Source: Callorhinchus milii
Taxonomy: Eukaryota
Assembly: GCF_018977255.1 (NCBI RefSeq)
Contig: NW_024704742.1
Coordinates: 12,588,001 to 12,652,000 of the forward strand
Reading direction: 5' to 3'
Length of the DNA stretch: 64,000 nt
Shown: positions 13,201 through 25,200 of the stretch, one piece after another
Layout of the letters: every line of letters begins with the position of its first letter
How positions within the stretch are numbered: position 1 is the stretch's first letter
Translations under genes and position numbers: made by a program
The notes under the pieces: model-generated
The model's input: only the letters and a program-made list of their open reading frames with translations
Database searches by the model: none
What the model was told of the DNA's origin: nothing

Positions 13201-16200
13201 CCCCAAGATGTTCACCACAGTACAAAGTTCACAGGCCACACCAGAAATATGGTCTTTTCATTTCCATTCACTCTTTCTCATTCCCAGCTTAACCTCTTCG
13301 TCCTCTGATGTCAGCAGCATGGTTGTTCAGGTGGATGATAAAGATCCCATGGCAATATTCAAAAAGAGAAGGGAGCTTCTCCCGGTGTCCTGGCCAACAA
13401 TCCCCAAATAAAATTGGTCATTCTCTCCATGGCTGTCTGTAGGACATTGCTGTGTGCCACTGGCTGCTGCATTTCGTTCACACAATACACAGTCAATCCA
13501 CTTTACAGTATATCCTATGAAACATTTTGAGACATCTCAATGACGTGATAAGGCTCTATATCAAATGAAAGAATTATAACTGCATCAAAAGCTTCCACTG
13601 GGCAATGGAACAAATTAGATAGATTTCTGTTAGGAAATAATATCTCGGGATACAATATATAGTTTAGGACATGATATGCGACTGCCAGGTTGGTAGAAGG
13701 TAAACTGGATGGACCTTGGCCTTCTTTCGCCTAGCAAATTCTTATGTTCTTATTGCTGCAAGAATTGTAAATTCTACTTCTTTCATCTTCCAGGATGGGA
13801 TAGCATTAGAAACTGAAGATATAAATGGCAACATACCTCTGAAACTTGCAAGGAGTCGACAGAACAAAGACATAGTCATGCATTTAGAAAAGACCATCGG
13901 TCAATCAAACAGTCTGATTCCAAGGTTTGACTGGAGGTAAAGGACATTAGTTAATACAGTTGTTCAATTTAATTTAAGGAAGAAATATACCCTTTCCCAA
14001 AATAAAATATATGTTTGATAATATGTTTTTGGTGCATGTTAAAGATCCTATGACACTATTTTGTCTTAACACTATTAAAAGTTCTCTTGGTTTCCTGGTG
14101 AAATTGGCCAAGAAGCAGATTCTTATTATTATTGCAGTGTGTGGCATGTTGCCATCATTCAGATGTGGGCCTTCGTGGTAGTCACTACATCTCAAAGTAA
14201 CTCCTTGCATGAAGGGCTTTGAGAAGTTTCACATATTATGGCACTTTAATCAAAGTACATAAATATATATGTATGTTGTCAACGTTGTTCATATTGGAGT
14301 TAACAAAAGAAAAATGAAATTATTGATTGAAAGGAAGCTGCATACATTGTTTTAATAAAGGAAATATTTGTAAGGGGATAGTTAGGATTAATAATAGGAG
14401 TGTTTAAAGTCGATTCCGGTTTCTTGTCAAATTTGATGGGTCTGCCTTCAGTTTCACAGTATTCCTTGTGGTTAGACAGGGAACCAGGTTAGAACCATCT
14501 TTTTGAAGCACACACATAGTATACATAGAGAAAACCTGGTGTCAAGAAAACTTTGCTTTTTAACCTGAAAATTAATATTTATAATATACGTAACAACAAC
14601 AAAATTACATTTGTAAAGCGCCTTTCACGTTAGGAGGATGTCCCAAGGCGCTGTAACAAGAAATGCTTGTGTAGACTAAATGTGATCTCGTATCTGATAT
14701 CGCAGCAGCTTTTACTGGACTGCTGCAGAGTCCAGTGTCCTTTAACTGTGTGTGCTGCAAGGATTCTAGGAGGACGTGCTGTGACCTTTTCAGTCAGAAA
14801 TATAACGAAGAAGGCAGAGTCAGGGTAATGTTTTATTGAAATGAGTACAAAGCAACCAGAATATTTTTCATCTAAACGTGACAGTAATCCATGTACAAAA
14901 ATGACCTGATATTACCAAGATTATACATAAATGTCATGCACTTACTGATTCCGATATTTATCTTATTTTCAGCGCTCTGAGACCTATCCTGCGTGAAGGG
15001 TGCTCTCCTCCATGAAGGGCAGTATAGATGCAAGTGTTGTTTTAATTCCTGTGTAACATTGCACCAAATTAAATCAGCCTACTGCTTTGTATAACTCCAC
15101 AGTGTGGTTAAAGCAAGAGAACGTATGAGAATGTTTAAACCCTGAAAATTACATATATTAGTTAAGTTGGACTTATAAAGGTATGAGCTGGATGAGGTGA
15201 GGATTATCAATGAAAGGCACAACAGCCTGAGTAACGATCCACACAGTTTCTTTCAAAATATTGATTGGGGACTGGTCTTTCTGTTCTGAGACCTGTGTCT
15301 CAAACCATTTCAGACACATCACCAGACAGATGGTGACATTTTCCTTAGTCTTTTGCTTGTATGGGTCCTATATATTAAATAGTTTGCAAGGTCTCAGCCC
15401 AATTCCTAGCACAACATTCCCCTAAGTTGGACAATCTCACTCAGAAGGACTACAGCACAGCTAATGTGGGGAATGTCGTACTAGTGCAGTAAGAGTAATC
15501 TGCTGAGGAGGTTGATAGTATTGACGTAGAACAGAGAAAGCCTTACTCTGAATTGGAGTACACATGATCTGAGAATTCCTGATACTAACACTGGATTGCC
15601 AGCGCTAACATACCTCATCTTATAAACACAGAATTTACCCACCTCAAACAAGGGATAGAGTTTGTGAATAAATTGTTCACAATTATAGGGATACGCAGCA
15701 AGCAAATTATTGGCATCACAGCAGCAGTAACTTTGAGCAGAATATTGGCACGAGACAAAGATGGATTGACGACTTTATAAGGATAACCCTACAAACAGTC
15801 AGAGTGGCATTACTGATTTGAGATGACACAAGAGTTATCAAAACAGTACATATAACAGCAATAGAAATGATGTAGAAATCAATAATAATAAAAGCAGAAA
15901 AGTAATATTTGTCAATTTTACAGGTGGCGAGTGTAAGGAAGTAAGAAGCTTTCTTTCCTTCCATCCACATTGTGCTGCTATGTTTATGTTTGTACTGATA
16001 AACTGAATGGCAGGGTGGATATTCAGGGTGTAGCAAAGTTAGTACTTCCTATTTTAAATTTCGGCATTCACCTGCTCCACCCTCCTGGGCTGACAGGGCA
16101 GAGATTGTGTGAGCCACAACCGATTATCGATGCAGACATCTTAGAGAGGTCAGGGATGGGTTGAGCCAGCAGGGAATCCCTCTTAGGGTGATGGCGTGTG

Positions 16201-19200
16201 GAAGAGTAGAGAGTAAACATCTTTCATATACAGTCAAACTCTGATAACTCGTCACCCCAAGGGAAATAGCTCAAATGACTACTTAGCAGAGATGACTAGT
16301 TATCCAAAGTACAGTCTCGAGTACAATAAACTTTACATAAGTCATATTAGTTGGGACAATATATTTAATATGTCTTATGCAAAGTACGAGATATGTCAAA
16401 CTTGCATAGGATATAAAATCTTGAATGGGCCTCAAAGAGATGTATGACTTTGGCGATTATAAGATTTATACAGATCAGACATGTGCAAGTTTTACCGAAC
16501 TCAAATAACTGGGATATTGAGTGAGTGACAAGCTATGTGGGGTTGATGACTTATCCCAGGGATGAGTTATCAGAGTTTCACTAATCTGTATATGGTTTGA
16601 AATATTTGTTGTAAAAGGCAACATAAAGAATGTTACTGTGACTTTGTCTGTTTCCTACAATTCTATCCAATCTGTAGGTGGAAGTGCCTCTCCAGCAGTC
16701 AGTGCCTGTCTGTTCTCATCCAGTTTCTTTACCTCATTGCAGTGCATTGATCTTTGGCCCACCTGAAAAGTCAAAAGGACCAGTTCTTTTCTTTTACGGC
16801 TGCATTTTGTTATGGGGCTACCCATCTTATTTCACAAGGGTAAGTCGGTTAGGATATCACAAAGTGACAGTCGAGCAGCATTCGGCCATTGTCTTGCCAA
16901 TTTCTCACAAGACTTTGCTTTATGACCCAATACTTTGATATGTAGTTTGCCTAAAGTTTTGTTCACCTTTACATAATGAAATAGGCGGGTTTGTGGAGAG
17001 CAAGGAAGAGAGAGGGATATCTAATGATTTCCACCGTCCACCTCCAGCACCAAAACCAAGGTTCATGAATAACACATTTTACCTAAGTGTTTGTAACATT
17101 GTTCAGTTAAAAATTTTGGGGGTTCAAATAGGAACTCACACAAAATAAACAGAAGTATGTCATGCCAACTCCAACCCAATCTACCTGTTAAGGAACCTTG
17201 TTAAGAAATAGGGCAGATTAGATCCCATTGTATCATAATTTTAAATGTAATTACCGCCTGGCATTTTCACACCATACAGAGATGTGAAGGTGACTCAGTT
17301 GGTAGCACTCTCGCCTCTTATGAGTCAGAAGGTTGTAGATTCAAGCCCCGCATCAGGACTTGAACTCACAGTCTAGGTTGAAACTCCCAATGCAATACTG
17401 GGGTATATTGCATTGTTGGAGGTACCGTCCTTTGGATGAAATGTTAAACCAAGGTTCCATCTGCCTGTTCAGGTGGATATTAATGATCCCATGGCACTGT
17501 TCGTAAAGAGAAGGGAGTTTTTCCGAGTTGCTGGACAACAATCCCACAAATAAAAAATGGGCATTCATTACATGGCTGTTTGTGGGACTTTTCACAAATC
17601 GTCTGCCATGTTTGCTTAAAAAAATGCAGTTACTTCATTTTACATTATACCCTGTGACGAGCTTGGAGACTTCCTCCGGACATGAAATGTGAAAGGTGCT
17701 ATGTCAATGGAATGATTATTATTATTATTAGTCAGAAGCTAGTTACTAAACCACTCCCTGTTTTTTTCTGCCTCCTTGACTGGAGATTCTCAGTTGTCTA
17801 CCTCAAAATAAATACATTGACTATTAGGTTTTATGCAAATCAGAGACAAATGAATTCACTGCCACTGATTACTTGTTTATTGAATTGTACAGATTGTCTC
17901 GATCTCCTTGGACAAGCTCTTGGGCTTCCATATCACCTTCTTGATTGGCAATGCACTGATGTGGTATCTCTTCCTAAAAGCTTCCCTGATGGATCCTGGT
18001 TTTCTTCTAAGAGACAGCGAGGAATACTATCGTGCCATTAGACAGGTATCCATCTCCTAGGGCAAGGAACGTATAGCCTGGAGGGAATTACTGTGACTGT
18101 TTCACCAGCAAATGTCTCCATACAAGGGATGTCATAGTTTCTCATTTTAAAATACAAATCTCTTCCATCAATACAGACTAGAAACAAATATTCCGTAAGT
18201 ATATAATTAATGTTTTATATTTGCTGGGTTTGTAATAAATTGACATTGGAAAATGATTGGACAGCTGAATGTATTTTCACAATTGTATTTGATTTTGGAC
18301 ATTTTGGGGAGAGTCACTAAAAATCCAAAAATGGATTGATTGAAGAATGTATTTTTGCTTTAAAATGCATCAGATTCCCTCGGTAATACACCAAATTGCA
18401 CTATGTAAATGTAAATTGACAAGCTCAAAGGAAGCCTCGCAATTTAATATTTTTCTTCAACCCTTCAAACTTTTTTGGGCCCTTTTGTTTTTGTCCTTAT
18501 CTGACATTTTGTCAGACCAAAAATGACTGCTCAGTCTACCAGCTCTGTGTTGTTACCATGTGTGACACCAGCAACCATGGGGATGGAGCGGCTCTGTTGA
18601 ATTGATTAGCTGGCCAGTATTACTAGTAAAATTGCGGAAATGAAGATTTTTATTTTCATAAAACAGATTTTTGATTGTTGGTACCAAAGTAATGGGGAGT
18701 ATACCTAGACTAATTATAATACTTCCATTTGGCATAGCACTTTTTCTTGCCAGGAGTTATCTCAAAACTATTCACAGGATATACTGTAAAGGTTAATGTA
18801 GCAGCCAATTTGCACAAAGCAGTGTTTCCATAAATAGCCATGTAATTATTTTTTATTTGGGGGATTGTTGGCTAGCACACCAGGAGAAACTCACTTCTCT
18901 TTTTGAACAGCATCATCGTATCTTTAACATCCAACTGAACAAGCCCTCTCTTCAGAAGTACAGCAACCCCAGCGCTGCACTGGAGTGTCAGCAGAGAATT
19001 AATGAGTTTCAACAAACAACAACAGCAACAAAATTACATTTGTATAGCGCCTTACAAGTCAGGAGGACATCCCAAGGTGCTACCAACTGAGCCAGACACA
19101 GCTAGATAGTGCCTGACTTGGCCTTGCTCCTTCCCTGCTGCCTACCCTCTTCCCAAGGCGTTTGACAAACAGAGTTACTGACCCGAGCTGAGGGTGGGGG

Positions 19201-22200
19201 TGGGGGAGGGCAGTGGGGGGAGTCTTGAGGTGGGTCTTGAAGGTGGCGAGGAACGGGGCGAGCCGGAGGGACTGCAGGATGGAGTTCCAGAGGGTGGGTG
19301 CAGAGTGGCGGAAGGCCCACCCACCGATAGTGAGGCGAGCAAGGCGGGGAACGTGAAGCAGGCTGGAGCCTGCTGAGCAGAGGGAGCGAAAACAAGTGCT
19401 GACATAGGGCTTGAACCCACAACCTTCTGACTCGGAGGCGACAGTGCTACCAACTGAGCCAAACACAGCTAGATAGTGCCTGATTTGGCCTTACTCTTTC
19501 CCTGCTGCCTGCTCTCTTCCCTCACATATTTTGACTCTGCTTATGATCAGCTACGATTTTTGGGATGGTGCTATTGTGACCAAACTTTTCTTTTGGATAT
19601 CTATCTGAAGTTTCAGTTGATGCCAACTTGTCTCAATCAGATCAATTCACACCCTGAAAAGGCTTTTGATAATGAAAAATGAAGGTTGCTGCAGCTTGGG
19701 TAAAAACAGAAGTGCAGAATTGTTCTTTTCAATAAATACCTTCAGGACAGCGCTAACATTTCTGTACCAAATAGTTGGGGATCTTCAAATCAGTTTTTAA
19801 CAACTTTCATCATCAATAATTGTATTTTTTGATGAAAGTTAATTAATAAAAACTGATTTTCTGTATAAAAAATAATCCAAATTCTCCTATTTATTTTCTG
19901 ACTTTCCACAATTGCATGTGCATTGTTTGCAGTCATCCTTGGTGCTCATCAGGATGTGTGTGGATGATAATTCTATATGATCTTTGAATCCTGCGACTGC
20001 ACAGTTGTCTAATTCAGACAGATTCCTAGTACCACACTCACTCTCATTTATTTTGCTGGCCACTGGAAAATAAAAGGAGGCTGTTTGAAGGTGTGCTATG
20101 AAAAATGTTGTAGTGTTCTCTGATTAGGTCTCAGCCACAAAATACACAGTCAATTCACTTTACAGTATATTCTGTGATTCGCTTTGAGATGTCTCAACGA
20201 CCTGATAAGGTGCTGTATCAAATGCAAGGATTATTATTATTACCTTTAACATGAGAAAAAAACACAAATCAGCCAGACTTTTTTTTAAAACAATTTTCAC
20301 TGAATTGTTTTAATCAAATGTTTTCACTTTGATTTTCATCTTTTGACATGAATAACACACTCCAACAGAATCCGGGGTTTTACAACATGGCTAAAAATTG
20401 GCTGTTTACAAATAATGAATCAGAAGGGTTTGTAGTTTCTAATTTTTGTTCAGAGACTTTGAATGTTCTATGGCTCCATTCATAGATTGTGCTGTGTAAC
20501 ATTCAGATAAGATTGATATTTTTCACCAAATCATTTTAACCCTTAGAAGGCAGGTATGTTTATCCATTCACCATGATCACTTTCTCTTTTCGACGTGAAA
20601 AATCTGACCAAATCTGATTTATTAGGGAAAAAGGGGAAGAGAAAATATTTTTAAAAAAGGACAAAGAGAAAATAGAAGGAAAAGGATGAGCACAAGCAAA
20701 GTTTTTTTAAAATGGTTTATTTATTAAAATAGTTTGTTTTTGGTCGATGTTTCTTTAAGTAGGTTAGGGTTAACATTACAGTAATAATGTTTATGTTGAA
20801 GAGCAATATTGCTGGATGCTGTTGAAAGAGTCAACCATGGTCTAACAGAATGGTGGAACAGGCTCAAGGGACTAAATGTTCCAATGTCATAGTTCAAATT
20901 GGCCTTGTCCTGTTTTTTCCCCATTTCGGAGACAGTCACTGCAGAGTCAAAGGTAACTGCTGGTTTGTAGATTTGGGGGCAGGACTGCGCTGAGTTCAGC
21001 CATTTTTAGCCTTTTGCTACCTGCTAGATCAGCAGCAGCATGATAAATTCCTTAAAGCAACTGCAACCCATTTCCAAGGAACTGACACTCATCATCTCAA
21101 AACCATAAAGAAATTGAGCAATTTACATTCCATTTTTATTTCCAAATGCATTTTATTTCTGGCTCTGTAATTTTTTAGGATGGAAGTTGGTTTGCTTGAA
21201 TGCCTCACAGCGATCTCATTAGGGACTGTTTGGAACAGTTTCTGAGCCTGATAACATGTCAGGATATGGCAATTAATTGTGGCCTAATTAATGAAACATG
21301 GGTTATGCTCCAGTTATATTGCAGAAAGGAGCATGACATTGATCACAATACAATTTACAGCACCTTTCATGTCAGAAGGACGTCTCAAAGCACTTGATAA
21401 TGCTGGATGGGTACCTAAGTTGGAGGTGGGTGCGGGGCATGGGAGGAGCAATATGATCAAAAGTGCAGTTAAGGACATACATTTTCAGATGTCATTAAAC
21501 AAGGGGAGTTCCAGATAGCAAAGTGTGTGCACAGAATGTGTAATACAACTCAATCATATCAATTGATTTATAATTTCAGGAACTCTGAAGTTGCACATTG
21601 AAATCAGAACATTAGGTATTGCCACAGCTCCAGTATAAAAACCTTATAGGAATTTGCATGTTCCAGTTTTGAGGAATCTAGCAACTATTAGAAACAAGGC
21701 AATATCCTACTGGACCAGCTATCAATATTGTTGGTTGTGCCATTCTTGGATGAGACATTAAACTGAGCTGCCATCTGAATGTTAAAGATCTATGGCCCTA
21801 CTCAGAAAAAGAATGACGTTTCTGCCTGTGCTCTCACGTCTGGATCAGAAGATTGTGGGTTCAAACCACTCATTGCAAATTTCTGTACTGATACTGCAAT
21901 CCTGGTGAGGCATTGCAATGTTAGAGATTTTAATGTTAGAGATTTTCGATAAGATTTTAGACTGAGTACTCATCTGCTTGTTCAGGTGGATATACTGTGA
22001 AGTATAGTGCCTGTGTTGACCACACTTCACAGTATATTCTGTGAATCACTTTGAGACTTCCTCCCGACATGAAAGGCGCTATACCAAATGTAAGGATTAT
22101 TATTATTAAATATCCCATGACATTAACAGAAGACAGAAGGGAATTTCCCCTGGTATCCTGGCCAGCAATCTTACAGATAAATTGGGCCTTTATTTCATAA

Positions 22201-25200
22201 CCATTTGTGGGACATTGTTGTGTGTAAACTGACTGCACATTCACCTACAAAATACACAAAGACTGCATTTGAAATCAATTACTTGTAAAACTTTTCCCAT
22301 TATAGGCATCATATCAAATCCAAAGATTATCATGAATATTGGCCTTCCAAGTGGGAAGTTTGAGTGTTTTGGTGAAGTGTTGTGAGAGACTGGTTTCTCT
22401 GTCTGTTGTGGGAAGATGCTCTTGCCAGGATCAGTGTCCTTGCAGTAAAACATTCATACCTTTGAAGCCGCTCTTCTGGGAACTAGCCCAAGCTCTGCAT
22501 TCAGATGACTAGAGTTTAACTTACTGTGTTTTTTGTGGGTGAAACACAGCAGCCAATTGATTCAGCAATGTCCCACAAAAGAGTCACTGATTGAGTGAAT
22601 TGAGTACTTTTTTTTGAGGCATTATTATCCCTGGAAAGTGATCCATCAATTGACTAACAACCGGGATATATAAAATATATATACTCGTAAAAGTACAAAT
22701 AAATCCTTTCGCAAACTTCTCAGTTTACAGTGGAATGCCCTGACCCCTTTCTCCTGGGTTTCACTGCACCATCTGAGAGTGAGCAGCTGAGAAGTTCAAA
22801 ATCAGGTCTAAATCGAAGTCCTTCAACTCGTCCCATGAGTTTGCAAGCTCAGCATTGAAGTGAATGGCAGGATCAAGCCAACACACAGAAATCTGTGGAA
22901 GTACCACCTCAATCACTGTTTGTTTGACACTCTAGAACTGGAATGATTTAAAGATTGATTATTATTTTGAACTTATCTATAAATGGATCTTGGAACCTTG
23001 TTAACGTTCTCTACAACTCAAACCAGGTCCAAGTCGGCAAAGTTTTAAGTGTTCAAAGTGATGCCTAGAGGGTAAACACAAGTGAAGATTGTTTGGATCT
23101 TTCTTTATCCATCTTAGTCCATTTACACTATGCCGTGTGTCCATATGTTATGCTGCATGTCCAGAACATTATACAGTTTGTTGTATTTTTCAGGCGGTTT
23201 ATTTTGATCACTGGAAGCGAGGACAAAACCCACTGAGCCGGTTGTGTCACGTATGCCAGCTCGTGAAGCCCCTTCGATCCAAGCACTGTCGGGTCACTAA
23301 CCGTTGTGTGGACTACTTTGACCATTACTGTCCTTACATCTACAATGATGTAGGCTGCAGAAACCGGTATGGGCACCTTAAGTAACAGCATTATTATTTA
23401 AAATCTCAGCATTGTCAGTTGTTTTACCAGCTTCAGTTAGAGATAGGGTCTGGCCTTTCATGGTAAAACTAAAACAATTGGAAACACTAATTAACCAAGC
23501 AGTAGATCCAAAAGCAAAACAGAAAGAGAGCATATAAACATTTGTTCTTTAAGTCTCTCCTGAAAGTAATGAAGTTTCATAGGATTTCAAGAAAGTGAAG
23601 AATTTAATTTTGATACTTGAAAAAGCAGCAGCTGTCAACAGTTATATTTGTGTTAGTTGCAGGACCTATTGTAATATTTGTATTTGATTTAATTTAATGT
23701 GATTTTATTTGGAGGGCTGATTGAAATTGGACTTTAAAGTAACCAGTTACTTTTTATTGAGGGCCAGCAACTTGAATTTTTGCTCATCTGTCTCTGCGTC
23801 TGGGGGAAATGTTTCACCCACAAAACACACAGTCAATTCACTTTACAGTATATTCTGTGAAGCACCTTGGAACATCTCGAAGACGTGATAAGGCGCTATA
23901 TCAAATGCAGGGATTATTATATTATTAAATGTCTTTCCAGCCAGTTTGTTGCATTTCCCATATGTATTTAGATTACATTTTTCTGTAATAGAACCTTGTC
24001 TCATAACAGATAGTTTACATTGTAAAGAAAGTGGTGCTTAAGGAATTTGGTTTTGTAGGATAAGAGTTTGTTTTCTAAATATTAACTTTGTTATATATAT
24101 ATTAGTGTAATAAATTAGTGTTATACTTAATAACATAAGAATGACACCCACAGTGCAATGTACAGATATACATCCACATATGTAACCCAGGGATGCAACA
24201 AACAACTTGAAGGTTTATGCTCAGAATATTGAAATCACAAACATTATTGTGTTCATATTTTTGTAGGACTCACTTTTTTGGCTTCTTGGCTACAGTGTGC
24301 CTTAACAGTGTGATGGGAATCTACTTCTGCTGTGACTGGTTTAATGTGATGGGGCGTAGCATATTCATAGGAATCGGCTTCATCTTCCTCTCAGTTGTTG
24401 CAGTCATTTCAGCAATGATGACCTGCGTGTGTGTATGTATCGTATCTGCCTCTCAGGTTGTTTGCACTCACTTTTTCCTATTCTGTGTCAAAAACACCTT
24501 AATTTCTATTCTTGTTTCTCTTAATGCAATACATGTAAGCAGAAGTGCCTAATAAATGCTTAATTCATCCACTGTACCAATGTATGGCACAAAGAATGTG
24601 TTATTCTCACATGAAAAGCTCCTAACTTAATACCTTGCAGAGTGCTTTTCTGAGAATTTACAGCATGTTGCAACATTATCTATTTTGTTGATATATATAC
24701 AATATATTGGCTACTTTTATATGATTTTTAATAGATCATATAACTAGATGGATAATAATAATAATCCTTGCATTTGATATAGCGCTTTTCACATCTTCTC
24801 GATGTCTCAAAGCGCTTCACAGAATAGACTGTAAAGTGAATTGACCGTATATTTGTGGGCGAAACGCGGCAGCCAAGTGCGCACAGCAATGTCCCACAAA
24901 CAGTCGTAGATTGAAAATGATCAATATATTATTGTTTTTGTTTTTGGAGGGATTATTATTAGGCGTGTGGAATAAGGAAACTTGCCCAAGGTTTCGCCCT
25001 GCCTGGAATTGAACCCAGGTGTCTCAATGTGTCGCAAGGCGAGTGCTCTAACCACTGAGCTACAGGACTCCACATTGGAGACATTGTCTGCTAATCTTTC
25101 ATACAGGATATGGTGTGGGTTAAAAGCATTACTTGTGTGTCAAGCTGTGCCTCTTCTAAGCTAATATATTTTCATACAAATTATAGAACCAGTTAAAATA

